Origin: a virus | IMG/VR virus record: IMGVR_UViG_3300028025_006190 | Location: 1-64,000 of that record | Length of the DNA: 64,000 bases | Reading direction: 5' to 3' (one strand) | In this document: positions 47,935-57,561 of the stretch, piece after piece | How positions within the stretch are numbered: the stretch's first letter is position 1 | How the letters are laid out: the number at the start of each line of letters is the position of its first letter | Made by a program: the position numbers and the translations under genes | The notes under the pieces: model-generated | What the model was told of the DNA's origin: nothing | The model's input: only the letters and a program-made list of their open reading frames with translations | The model's database searches: none

Positions 47935-48701
47935 TGTCAGAAGTTCAGCGTTCGCTGACGATGCTTGTCTACGGTGAGTCTAAGGTGGGTAAGTCCACCT
48001 TCGCCGTAACAGCACCGTATCCACGTCTGATGCTTGATGTTGAGGGTGGGCACCGCTTCCTCCCTATTAATGTCAAGTATTGGGACCCGCTTCGGGAGGA
48101 ACCCCCTCTTGCAGACGGAACTTGGGATACCTGTGTAGTTGTCGTTCACGACTACGACACGGTCCTCAAGGCTTACCAATGGCTCCAAGCCGGTAAGCAC
48201 CAGTTCAAGTCTTTGATCATTGACTCCATCTCGGAGTTGCAGGTCAAGTGCATGGACAATATCGCAGGTGTCGAAGCCATGAAGATGCAGCAGTGGGGCG
48301 AATTGCTTCGCCACATGGGTGCACTTCTTCGTGATCTTCGTGACCTCACAATGCACCCGACAGCACCACTGGAAGCAGTTGTGTTGACGGCCATGGCTAC
48401 TCCGGATCGGGATGGTCGATACCACCCCTATCTCCAGGGTCAGCTAAAGGTTCAGGCTCCCTACTTTTATGACATCCTTGGTGCCATCTCAGTAGAGACT
48501 GTTCCTAACCCAGATCCAATGCAACCGCCATACAAGGTTCGCCGTATGTATGTCGAGCGCACGGATAAGTACGAAGCTGGTGAACGCGTCCAGGGGCGTC
48601 TTGGTCAGATTGTTGAGCAAGAGAACTTGGGCATTGAGCGTATGCTAGACTTGGTCTTCGGATCAAAACCCAATCCACTACAAAACGAAGGAATGAACTA
48701 G
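47934..48701 (+). CDS. AAA ATPase (Sak4/AAA_24-like recombination protein)
   Basis: YGESKVGKST Walker A, LDVEGG, IIDSISE; lies between the nuclease and SSB. Confidence 0.85.
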   Translation: MSEVQRSLTMLVYGESKVGKSTFAVTAPYPRLMLDVEGGHRFLPINVKYWDPLREEPPLADGTWDTCVVVVHDYDTVLKAYQWLQAGKHQFKSLIIDSISELQVKCMDNIAGVEAMKMQQWGELLRHMGALLRDLRDLTMHPTAPLEAVVLTAMATPDRDGRYHPYLQGQLKVQAPYFYDILGAISVETVPNPDPMQPPYKVRRMYVERTDKYEAGERVQGRLGQIVEQENLGIERMLDLVFGSKPNPLQNEGMN

Positions 48702-49265
48702 ATGAGTACGCTTAACTGGGGCGAACTTATGCGGGAAGCTAAGGCTTCTGGAGGCGTAAGTAGCTACGAGCCACTTCCAGATGGTGACTATGAGTTGAAG
48801 GTGCTTGAGTCTGTTATTAAGACGACCAGCACCGGCAAGCTCATGTTCAGCACCAAGAATGAAATTCAGGGCGGTGCGCATGCTCGCCGTCTTGTTTGGG
48901 ATAACTTGGTTGTCTCAAACGACAACTCAAGCGCAATGGGTATCTTCTTTGGCAAGATGGGTTCTCTTGGTCTTGGACAGCCGTTCTTCGATCAGGAGCC
49001 ATCGACTGAGCAGATCGCTGCTGCGATGGTTGGTCGTACGTTCCGAGGTACTTTGGGCACCAAGGAGTACCAAGGTAAGAAGAGCAACGAGATTCGTCGG
49101 TACATGCCGGCTGGTCTCGCGGTAGGCTCCCCTACACCCGCGGTTGCTTCGGCTCCTGCACCCGCACCTGCACCCGCACCTGCACCCGCACCTGCGTCTG
49201 CTGTAGAGCAGCCAATGGCATTTGCAAGCGCTCCTGCAGCCGTACCTCCGGCTCCTCCGTTCTAA
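48702..49265 (+). CDS. Single-stranded DNA-binding protein (DUF669-like) with Ala-Pro tail
   Basis: YEPLPDGDY...TSTGKLM...VWDNLV...YQG..SNEI; (AP)n tail ending PPF. Confidence 0.75.
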   Translation: MSTLNWGELMREAKASGGVSSYEPLPDGDYELKVLESVIKTTSTGKLMFSTKNEIQGGAHARRLVWDNLVVSNDNSSAMGIFFGKMGSLGLGQPFFDQEPSTEQIAAAMVGRTFRGTLGTKEYQGKKSNEIRRYMPAGLAVGSPTPAVASAPAPAPAPAPAPAPASAVEQPMAFASAPAAVPPAPPF

Positions 49266-49279
49266 ACAATAATCTCGAC

Positions 49280-49315
49280 GGGGGCTAGGATAATACCTAG
49301 CCCCCAATTTTATTT
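49280..49315 (+). terminator. Rho-independent terminator
   Basis: gggggctagg ataata cctagccccc followed by aattttattt. Confidence 0.75.
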
Positions 49316-49326
49316 AGGTAGGAAAA

Positions 49327-49776
49327 ATGGCAGAACACATTGGCAGAAATGTCGACAAAACATGGGTTATCTCTCAGCTTGATGAAGCCGGAATAAAGGA
49401 TCCCCTAGTTAGGAGTGAGGTTGGTAGGATCTTAGACGCCTGGGAGAGTATTGGAACTACGGTAGATCCAGGTGTTGCAGAGAAGGCACTTTCCCTCGTT
49501 TCTCGTCTTGCTCTGGGTCACACGTTGGTGGAGCCTGAAGCAGACGAAGAAGAAGTATGGGTTGACGTTATTCCCGGACAAATTAAAGTTGCAGATACCG
49601 TTCGCATCAAGGCCCAAGCTTTTTCTGGTAAAACAGGTCAGATCCACAATGGTCGAGTAGGAAAAATTGTTGCAATTAGATATGGAGATATCATCTTCAA
49701 ATCTACTGACAACAAGAACCCGGTCCTCGATGGGACTCACTATTCTCCGTATAATTTAGAGAAAAGAGTCAAGTAA
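49327..49776 (+). CDS. Hypothetical protein (C-terminal SH3-like)
   Basis: AGGA RBS; 149 aa. Confidence 0.7.
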   Translation: MAEHIGRNVDKTWVISQLDEAGIKDPLVRSEVGRILDAWESIGTTVDPGVAEKALSLVSRLALGHTLVEPEADEEEVWVDVIPGQIKVADTVRIKAQAFSGKTGQIHNGRVGKIVAIRYGDIIFKSTDNKNPVLDGTHYSPYNLEKRVK

Positions 49777-49791
49777 TACAACTTCTCACAT

Positions 49792-49835
49792 AATTAGGTC
49801 ATCTTTAAAAAAACTAAAGATGACCTAATTTTTTG
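49792..49835 (+). terminator. 16-bp perfect inverted repeat with T tail
   Basis: aattaggtcatcttta aaaaaac taaagatgacctaatt tttt. Confidence 0.7.
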
Positions 49836-49858
49836 TTATTTTTCTATATACTAAATGT

Positions 49859-50209
49859 ATGGATATTAGTAGAAAAGGTGAAAGCCTCTGGTCCGAGTGG
49901 ACTGGAGTGGGTGGATCTGCAAAGTTAACATATGCGTGTGTTTTGTATTACACAGTGGGGCATATAGATCTTGAGAACGAGGTAGTTCGAAGGGCTCTAG
50001 CCTCTGCCATTCAAAGAGATGGCGTAGCTGACGGCCTAGGCCAGGCATATAGAGCCATTAATGACTGGACAATGCTGCAGGGATGGGCCGGAGAAGTTGA
50101 CGGATCCTATGAATTATTTGCATGCGATCAGTCTGGAGAGACTGAGTACGGGGAAGCAGTAGACGAAGTTCAGCCCATCACATGGGTGGAGGTATCAACG
50201 CTTGCTTAG
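49859..50209 (+). CDS. Hypothetical protein
   Basis: 116-aa ORF after an AT-rich promoter-like region (TATACT just upstream, possibly leaderless). Confidence 0.65.
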   Translation: MDISRKGESLWSEWTGVGGSAKLTYACVLYYTVGHIDLENEVVRRALASAIQRDGVADGLGQAYRAINDWTMLQGWAGEVDGSYELFACDQSGETEYGEAVDEVQPITWVEVSTLA

Positions 50210-50684
50210 TGACGACAATAATTCATTAGATTGGCAGAGAGACGGGACCTGCGCTAGCCCAGATTTTATTGAATATAGAGACTACTTTTTCTCTGAGGTT
50301 CCCGAAGAAATAGAGGATGCCAAAGAGGTCTGCACCCACTGCCCTGTTCGCAGCCAGTGTCTCGCTTGGGCCCTCAACAATAAAGAAATCTGGGGAGTGT
50401 GGGGTGGCAAAGATGAAAATGAAATTAGAGAGGCACTATCTATCTCTGAAGAGGGTCAGGAAGTTAGAAGAACTAAAGAAGGCATAGCTCCGACATGTCT
50501 CAACTGTGAGGCAAAGACCGAAGATCTACGGACTAAAGAAGTAGACATCCCTGGTGGTGGGCGATGGACAACAAAGAAGGTTGTCACATGCAGCAGCTGT
50601 GGCTTCTACTGGACAAGTAGAACTAGTGCAAATGCTATTGAGGCTTACATGGCCCTACAGGCCAAAATTAAAGAGCTGGAATAA
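50202..50684 (+). CDS. whiB: WhiB-family Fe-S transcription factor with extra C-terminal Zn ribbon
   Basis: W...C...CxxCPVxxxC...GVWGG, then CLNC...CSSC; GGAGG RBS. Confidence 0.9.
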   Translation: MLSDDNNSLDWQRDGTCASPDFIEYRDYFFSEVPEEIEDAKEVCTHCPVRSQCLAWALNNKEIWGVWGGKDENEIREALSISEEGQEVRRTKEGIAPTCLNCEAKTEDLRTKEVDIPGGGRWTTKKVVTCSSCGFYWTSRTSANAIEAYMALQAKIKELE

Positions 50685-51870
50685 CGCCAATAAATTCTCG
50701 TGGATCATAAGAGCCACCTATAACCAATGTGAGAACTCCCGGCCTTGACTGATCTCCAGCCCGGTCACGGAACCAATCTGAGCCGGGGTCAACTGTAGGA
50801 GCCTGTACCCAGAAACGATGTCCCACGTCGAGACTCTTGAAGTGGTGGTAGTGTCCGGAGATCCAAACATCACAACCTCCAAGAGCAGTCTGACCGAGCA
50901 TCTGACCTGATAGGTATTTCTTCACATCGGTGGTGAATTGGTGCCCGTGGAAAAGACCTAGCATTGTGCCATTAATGTCTACAGCAAGAGTCTGGTGGCC
51001 GGCCGCGGGGTAACGAAACTCCACGTGGGCAAGATCAGAATTTTCCCGGCAAGCATCTTCTACTGCCGAGGCAATCTCTACGTTCCACCCATCTGCGGGA
51101 TCTGCAGCCACCTGACGAGTTACTTCATCGTGATTACCATTCACCACAGGCACAACAATACGCTCAGCGAGTGGAGCAAAAGTTTTAATTTGCTGAAGCA
51201 AAAGACGACGGCCTACGCGGACCTGTTCCGTCTGTCCGAGGTCTGAAGCTGCCTGGCCCTGGAGTCGTCCGTTCTGTGAAACGTTTCCTTCGACGTGGTC
51301 TCCAACTTCTGGAATTACAATGGTTCCCAGAGAGAGCCCGTATCGTCGAAGTCCTTCAAGCCGGAGAACAGACCCTTCTGTGCCCCTGAGGATCCGCTCA
51401 ACAGTTTGCGCAGTTCCTCCAGATCCGGCTCTCTTTCCAAGCTGCTTATCAGCTCCGACATGGAGATAGGCTCCATCTCCTCCGACATTTTTTATTCCCT
51501 TCCCTGGCTTCCACTTTTTAATTTCATCTACAAGCTGCTCGAGATCGAAATCACGCCCGTTGGGGTTGTGAGTTGCTGGAGAGATATTGATACGCGATGA
51601 CTCAAGCCAATCCCCGTTGAATGTTTGCCACTTACCGTGGCGTGCTGAGGTAACTACCCACTCAGCGGGGTCTAGGCCGTGCTCGACGAGAATTTCTTCT
51701 GCCCCCGGGGTATTTCCAAGTGGCCGAGGAGATGAGATGGCAAATCCACCGTCAGACCCAATCTCGGATCGAGGACGCCAATTCTCTGGAGTATTAGACA
51801 TTCGAGTATCTGACCCGGAGGTACCTGGACTGGCCAGTTCTTCCAGTTTCTTTTTGATGTCGTCACTCAT
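50668..51870 (-). CDS. Calcineurin-like metallophosphoesterase
   Basis: DxQxGK, GDHVEG, GNHD, HGH and GHYHH motifs. Confidence 0.85.
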   Translation of the reverse strand: MSDDIKKKLEELASPGTSGSDTRMSNTPENWRPRSEIGSDGGFAISSPRPLGNTPGAEEILVEHGLDPAEWVVTSARHGKWQTFNGDWLESSRINISPATHNPNGRDFDLEQLVDEIKKWKPGKGIKNVGGDGAYLHVGADKQLGKRAGSGGTAQTVERILRGTEGSVLRLEGLRRYGLSLGTIVIPEVGDHVEGNVSQNGRLQGQAASDLGQTEQVRVGRRLLLQQIKTFAPLAERIVVPVVNGNHDEVTRQVAADPADGWNVEIASAVEDACRENSDLAHVEFRYPAAGHQTLAVDINGTMLGLFHGHQFTTDVKKYLSGQMLGQTALGGCDVWISGHYHHFKSLDVGHRFWVQAPTVDPGSDWFRDRAGDQSRPGVLTLVIGGSYDPREFIGVIPAL

Positions 51871-52138
51871 TAGTTTCGTCTTCCCATGCGCAGGTACAGT
51901 GTCTGTTGTAGTGCAGACCTATCGCCGTGGAGCCGATGTTGTGATCTTCGGAGGACAAGACTCGAGATAGCGACGCGTAGCTAAGTTTTCTCGGGTGTCG
52001 CTGAGGTAGATTAATGCACTCAGCAATATATGTTTTTGTCTCTTCGTCTAGCTTGTCTAGGATCAGCTGGTATTTGCATCGATCCGACTTTTTCCGAGCC
52101 GAGACACTCTGCAGCTTTTCTAGTAGTGGTGATGTCAT
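51863..52138 (-). CDS. Hypothetical protein (HTH-like with C-terminal H..xxCxC)
   Basis: GGAG RBS before ATG at 52138; overlaps the phosphoesterase start. Confidence 0.6.
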   Translation of the reverse strand: MTSPLLEKLQSVSARKKSDRCKYQLILDKLDEETKTYIAECINLPQRHPRKLSYASLSRVLSSEDHNIGSTAIGLHYNRHCTCAWEDETNE

Positions 52139-52203
52139 TTCTTCTCCAATCGGCAAGGATGTGCCTCTGAACATACTAACGTATGTTTGGAGAGAAGTCT
52201 CTA

Positions 52204-52635
52204 CTAAGGGATGAGACTATTAATGACTACTGCGGAGATAATACTGACTAAGAGAGATAGGCCGGCACCAACCATAGAGAGAGTAATAGCAAGTGTTCTC
52301 GACCTCTTGTGCTTGTCTAGCTCCAGCTTCGCTGCTTCAATCTCATTAATCCTGGTGTGGAGATCTGCGTGCTCTTCGGTGTTATCTTGCTTGTGGTCTC
52401 TAATGTTATTGAGAAGCTCTTGACGAAGATTACTTTGACTCTTAGATGACTCGAGTTCCCACTTTTTTAGGTCACTCTCGAGACGCCCCATGCGCTCATT
52501 GTACGTGTCAAATTTAGCGTTAACAAACTCTTTTGTGGCCATAGTTTCTTTTACTTCACGTAAACTAGACATGATGGTTTCGAACATAATTCGAAGTTCC
52601 CCGGGCGTGGGGTCGCGATCAACGGGGAAAGTCAT
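52204..52635 (-). CDS. Coiled-coil protein with a C-terminal transmembrane helix
   Basis: AGGA RBS before ATG at 52635; hydrophobic C-terminus LAITLSMVGAGLSLLVSIISAVVI. Confidence 0.65.
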   Translation of the reverse strand: MTFPVDRDPTPGELRIMFETIMSSLREVKETMATKEFVNAKFDTYNERMGRLESDLKKWELESSKSQSNLRQELLNNIRDHKQDNTEEHADLHTRINEIEAAKLELDKHKRSRTLAITLSMVGAGLSLLVSIISAVVINSLIP

Positions 52636-52771
52636 GAACTCGGTCCTATGAGAATGTGGAAAACAGCTAATACAATAATAACTTATTTTGGGCTTGCTCA
52701 CTTGGGGCTGCAGCGTGCTACGATGGTCGAACCAGATTTTTACCCACTCCTACTCACCAACAGGACACTAC

Positions 52772-55435
52772 GTGAATGACGAAAATAAGCTTCTAAAAGG
52801 AGCATCATGGTACGCCTCTCAGGGGTGGAAACTTCTGAAATGCTACGGAATTAGCTCCGATGGGTCGTGTACATGCCACGGGACTCACACCGACCCCAAA
52901 GACATTGGAAAGCATGCAGCACTTAAAGAGTGGCAAAATCTTGCAACTGATGATCAAGTAACTATTGAAAATTGGTGGCGGGCGCAACCAGAAAATAACG
53001 TAGCTGTCAACTGCAGTCTGTCGGGATTTTTTGTTATCGACATTGATCCGCGAAATGGCGGTTTTGAGTCATTCGAAATTATGATGCAGCGCGTCAACGG
53101 AGAGATACCCGAGACAGTCGAAGCAATCACTGGCGCATACTCCGATAAAAAGAAAAAAATTGCCCGTGGTCGTCACCTCTTCTTTAGGTGCCCTCCGGGG
53201 GTTGCCCTCAAGGGAAGATTCACAAAAGAAGACAACCTGCCGGGAATTGACATTAAACATGTGGGGTATGTCCTACTTGCTCCATCTAGACACCAGTCGG
53301 GCGTTGAGTACGAGTGGAAGCCTGGCCACGCTCCGTGGGAAATGGAGATGGCCGAAATCACAGAAGAGATGTTGGAGTTTCTGAGAGATCGAAGAAGAAG
53401 CGGTCGAACATCGTCTGACGGAATTGCCGGCTCGTATAGCACGGAACTTGGTGAAACGGACTGGTCCGCATTTGACGGTCTGTCTTATAAAGGACAGAAG
53501 TTCAACATCCAAGAAATTCTTGAAGAAGGTATTGAAGAAGGTAGCCGTGCAGTAACGGTATACGCTCTTGCCTGCGCTCTTGCAAATAAGTATGGGACTG
53601 ACTCGATGTCTCAGACTTTTATCGAGACGATGATGATTCGCTTCAATCACGAGAAGATCAATCCTCCCATGGAACTGGAGGGATCAAACAGTCTCTTGAT
53701 GCATGTTCGCCGTGCTATTCAGTTTGTTGACGAAAATCCCAAGCATCTGAGAGGGAATCCCGAGCTTGCTGAGTGGCAAAAACGAACCGCAGAAAATATG
53801 GGAAAGGAGTCGTTTCGATCTCCCGGATCTTCAACATCATCGGTAGATACTGCTGATCGTGATGATGACATTGAAATTACATCTGAACCGGGGACCATCG
53901 GTAATGCTGTCGAATACGGAGTAAAAGCCGGATCATCCATCATGGATGCATCATCTTTTCGAAACATGGACATTCCCCTTGACCCGGATGCCATATCTTC
54001 GGACGACGGTGGAAATAAAAAGCAGCGATCGCTCACAGATGTCGGTAACGGACGTCGTCTTGTAGATAGTTTTGTAGCCGGCATTCGATACACGCCGGTG
54101 CTGGGGTGGCATGTGTGGGACGGCACACATTGGCGTCGTGATCCAGAAAATCTCCAAATCCGAGAATTGTCGAAAAAGCTCTCGTCCATGATTGCTAGCG
54201 AGACTATTGAATATGAAGACATCGACAAGAAGAACGAGATTATCTCTTTCTCAAAACAAGCAAAGTCTGCTGCAAGAATGAAATCAGCAATTGATAATGC
54301 CACGTCCGATACTCGTATTCAGGTACCTGTCTCTCAGTGGGACAGTAATGTAGAGCTTTTTGGTGTTGCCAACGGAGTTGTGAATCTCCGTACTGGTGAG
54401 CTGATGCGGGGTGTACCAGAGCTCCACATCACTCGACACTCCCCCGTGGCGTACACCCCAGGATTGACCCACCCTCGGTGGCAGGAGTTCTTGGACTTTG
54501 CTACATATGGCGACAAAGAATATCAAGCGTACTTGCAGCGTGCTGTTGGATACAGCATGACTGGTCTTAATGATCTTGACATTATGTTTTTGATTCACGG
54601 CCGTCCAGGGTCGGGTAAGAACACATTTATTGAGTCATTCTGCAAGGCTCTTGGAATGTCTGAATACGCCTATCCGATGGAGTCCACGGTACTTGCTCAA
54701 GACGATGGTCGCAGCACCAACACAGACTCGTATCACTACGCTGAACTTCGTGGTAAGCGTGTTGTGTGGGTTGACGAATTGCCTGAGACTGAGCGACTCA
54801 AGGAGAACGCGATTAAGCGTCTTACTGGTTCGGCAACGATCTCGGCTCGCTCCCCTGGAGAAAAGCCAATTAACTTTGAGTCACAGGCCAAGTTGTGGAT
54901 TACTACAAACCACCGTCCGATTATTACTGACGATGCCATGTGGCGACGTATGCGTGCTCTCCCATGGGACCGCATCCCCGAGAAGTCTGACCCCACACTC
55001 AAGGCATTTTTGTCAGACCCAGAGATAGGTCTCCGGGTGCTGCTGTCTTGGGCTGTCCAGGGTGCAGTAGATTTTTTTGCATCCAAAGAGCTTGATCCAC
55101 TGGCTCCCGAGACATGCACTGTTGTGCTCAACGCAACAAACTCATACCGAAGCGATGAAGACCGTATGGCAATGTTTATCCGTGAAGAGCTTGTTGAGGC
55201 TCCTGGAAAAATTACAAGTGTTAAAAAAGCGCGTACAATCTATTCTTGGTGGTCTGAAGAACGCGGTGAAAGGCCGATGACTCAGATTTCCTTTACTCGT
55301 AAGCTACGAGACCGAGGAGTCCACATCGAAGGTGTTGGATCTGACGCTCAAATTTATGGGTATGAAATTAAAACTAAGACACCGTCATCTCTTAGTGGAG
55401 ACGACTGGTCCTCGCTTAGTCAGATGGCTAGATAG
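52772..55435 (+). CDS. Bifunctional primase-polymerase / D5-like SF3 helicase
   Basis: VIDIDPRNGG, GRHLFF and GYVLLAPS (Prim-Pol); TDVGNGRRL, GRPGSGKNT, DELPE and TNHRP (D5 helicase). The GTG at 52772 follows an AGGA RBS. Confidence 0.92.
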   Translation: MNDENKLLKGASWYASQGWKLLKCYGISSDGSCTCHGTHTDPKDIGKHAALKEWQNLATDDQVTIENWWRAQPENNVAVNCSLSGFFVIDIDPRNGGFESFEIMMQRVNGEIPETVEAITGAYSDKKKKIARGRHLFFRCPPGVALKGRFTKEDNLPGIDIKHVGYVLLAPSRHQSGVEYEWKPGHAPWEMEMAEITEEMLEFLRDRRRSGRTSSDGIAGSYSTELGETDWSAFDGLSYKGQKFNIQEILEEGIEEGSRAVTVYALACALANKYGTDSMSQTFIETMMIRFNHEKINPPMELEGSNSLLMHVRRAIQFVDENPKHLRGNPELAEWQKRTAENMGKESFRSPGSSTSSVDTADRDDDIEITSEPGTIGNAVEYGVKAGSSIMDASSFRNMDIPLDPDAISSDDGGNKKQRSLTDVGNGRRLVDSFVAGIRYTPVLGWHVWDGTHWRRDPENLQIRELSKKLSSMIASETIEYEDIDKKNEIISFSKQAKSAARMKSAIDNATSDTRIQVPVSQWDSNVELFGVANGVVNLRTGELMRGVPELHITRHSPVAYTPGLTHPRWQEFLDFATYGDKEYQAYLQRAVGYSMTGLNDLDIMFLIHGRPGSGKNTFIESFCKALGMSEYAYPMESTVLAQDDGRSTNTDSYHYAELRGKRVVWVDELPETERLKENAIKRLTGSATISARSPGEKPINFESQAKLWITTNHRPIITDDAMWRRMRALPWDRIPEKSDPTLKAFLSDPEIGLRVLLSWAVQGAVDFFASKELDPLAPETCTVVLNATNSYRSDEDRMAMFIREELVEAPGKITSVKKARTIYSWWSEERGERPMTQISFTRKLRDRGVHIEGVGSDAQIYGYEIKTKTPSSLSGDDWSSLSQMAR

Positions 55436-55444
55436 GAAAATAAA

Positions 55445-55657
55445 GTGAGTGCGATTTTTGATAGTGAAGATCTACCAGAGATTGTCGTTGAAGAAAAATC
55501 AGGCAACTTTACCTACGTAAAAGTAGGCAGCTGGTCTTTCTGTGTAGAAGATGATCTTGATAGAACACCAGAACAACTAATGGAGGATGCACGAGCATTT
55601 ACTGCTTATGCGGTCTACCACGAAAAACTTAGGGCTGTCCAGGAACAAGATCAGTGA
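55445..55657 (+). CDS. Hypothetical protein
   Basis: AGGA RBS; GTGA overlap with the next gene. Confidence 0.6.
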   Translation: MSAIFDSEDLPEIVVEEKSGNFTYVKVGSWSFCVEDDLDRTPEQLMEDARAFTAYAVYHEKLRAVQEQDQ

Positions 55658-56706
55658 AGATCGCGGTATACACAATTGCTCTCAACGAGGAAAACCATGT
55701 GGAGCGATGGTATGAATCTTCTAAAGAGGCCGACTACCATCTAATTTTAGATACCGGATCTACAGACAGCACCGTTGAGATTGCCGAGCGTCTTGGCATA
55801 GCGATCCACAAGGCGCATATCAATCCATGGAGATTTGATGTTGCCCGAAATACTGCTATGGCATTGCTGCCAGCAGATATTGATTTTTGTATCTCTATGG
55901 ACGCTGATGAGATCTTGATGCCGGGATGGAGAGAAGAGCTCGAGAAGATCGAAGGATCGAATATAACTACACCTCGACACACATTTACCTTCTCATTTAA
56001 TCCTGACGGCACTCCGGCCTTTCAATTTGGTGGGAACCGTATCCACGCTCGTAACGGTTTTGTGTGGAAACACCCTATACACGAACTTCTGGTACCGACC
56101 GGGATCGAGGATGTTCAGGGGTGGGTAAATCTAGAAATGCAACACCACCCGGACCGGACTAAGTCTCGTGATCAGTACTTATCTCTCCTGGAGAGGGCGG
56201 TAAAAGACGAACCTACTGATGCGCGTATGTCTTTCTACTACGGTAGAGAGCTTTACTACCGGAGTCGATTTAAAGAAGCAGCCAAGCAACTCAGCGATTT
56301 TCTTGCTCTTCCCGGGGCTACTTGGGCTGGCGATCGTTCTGACGCTTATATTCTTATTTCTAGGTGCGTAGATGATCTAGTAGAGGCCAGGCAGTGGGCT
56401 TCGCTGGCAATTCAAGAGGCCCCGGAGCGAAGAGAGGGGTATGTCAGAATGGCCACCCTTTGTTATCACTCCGAAAGCTTTGAACAAGGTTTAATGTATG
56501 CCGAACAGGCACTTACCATTACCGAGCGTCCTCTGCAATATATGTGTGAAGACTGGGCCTGGGGGTGGGAAATTTTAGATGTGGCCGGTATTTGTGCGTG
56601 GGTGCTTGGTGATGTCGAGAGGGCTCGTAAATATGGGCTTGAAGCTTTAAATTTGAATCCTGAACATGAGAGACTAAAAAAGAACGTTGAGTACTATCTC
56701 GGGTAG
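55654..56706 (+). CDS. Glycosyltransferase family 2 with TPR repeats
   Basis: KIAVYTIALNEE, DTGSTD and DADE (DxD) motifs; helical TPR-like C-terminus. Confidence 0.88.
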   Translation: MKIAVYTIALNEENHVERWYESSKEADYHLILDTGSTDSTVEIAERLGIAIHKAHINPWRFDVARNTAMALLPADIDFCISMDADEILMPGWREELEKIEGSNITTPRHTFTFSFNPDGTPAFQFGGNRIHARNGFVWKHPIHELLVPTGIEDVQGWVNLEMQHHPDRTKSRDQYLSLLERAVKDEPTDARMSFYYGRELYYRSRFKEAAKQLSDFLALPGATWAGDRSDAYILISRCVDDLVEARQWASLAIQEAPERREGYVRMATLCYHSESFEQGLMYAEQALTITERPLQYMCEDWAWGWEILDVAGICAWVLGDVERARKYGLEALNLNPEHERLKKNVEYYLG

Positions 56707-56741
56707 AATAGAACATATAGTTTTCTAATCCTGGAGCTTCC

Positions 56742-57461
56742 ATGCCCGTTATCAACTTGAGCACACTGAAAGATATTCTCGGTGGTACAACTCCGGTCAA
56801 TGCCACCGTATCTGCTTACGTATATCGAGGTACCCAAAGGGCCGTTCGTTATTCTGGCGAAGATGTAATTTTCCCTGCTCCAGTAACAATAGACATTATT
56901 AATGGGACTCCACAGCCTGATCTTCAGCTTGCTGCCATCCCAGCCGATTGTTACTGGAAAATTATTATTTGGTCAGACAGCAGATCCCCTCTTCGTAGAG
57001 ATGTGATTCTTCCGGCTGGGGCGGGTCCATTTGATTTCGATGAACTAGTAGATGTCGACTCGACGACAAATTTGCCTGATGCCGGTACTGCACTTGCAGA
57101 CGCCTACCTTGCTGAAATTGAGGCTGCTGCCGATAGAGCAGAGGCTGCAACAATACGAGAGACTGTTTATGCATTGACGTATGCAGCAACTCTTGCCCCG
57201 AATGCGATTAACGGTCCAATCCAGACCACAACATTGACTGGCAATGTCACCATCAATGGATTTACTTCTCCTCTTAGTGGACAGACAATCAAACTTGTGC
57301 TCACTCAAGATGGGACGGGTGGTCGTCTTTTAACCTCTACTATGAAGTTTGCTGGTGGTGTAAAGACACTGTCTACGGCTGGTGGCGCTACTGACATTCT
57401 TACAATTTCTTACATTGGCACTACTTACTATGCGACCCTCGATAAAGGCTACGCTTCGTAG
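56742..57461 (+). CDS. Putative virion/tail accessory protein
   Basis: C-terminal LTQDGTGGR...TLSTAGGATDIL beta domain seen in fibre proteins; GGAG RBS; late-type promoter upstream. Confidence 0.5.
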   Translation: MPVINLSTLKDILGGTTPVNATVSAYVYRGTQRAVRYSGEDVIFPAPVTIDIINGTPQPDLQLAAIPADCYWKIIIWSDSRSPLRRDVILPAGAGPFDFDELVDVDSTTNLPDAGTALADAYLAEIEAAADRAEAATIRETVYALTYAATLAPNAINGPIQTTTLTGNVTINGFTSPLSGQTIKLVLTQDGTGGRLLTSTMKFAGGVKTLSTAGGATDILTISYIGTTYYATLDKGYAS

Positions 57462-57561
57462 ATTTTACAGTTACTCCAGACAGGTGTGTTTTTACTGGTG
57501 ATACACTGGTATTACACAAGATAAAACATACCTAACTAACACAATAAATAGATTGGAAAAT

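Noticed and set aside
49151-49197. 12-bp tandem repeat (cctgcacccgca)
   Set aside because: It simply encodes the Ala-Pro linker of the SSB tail.
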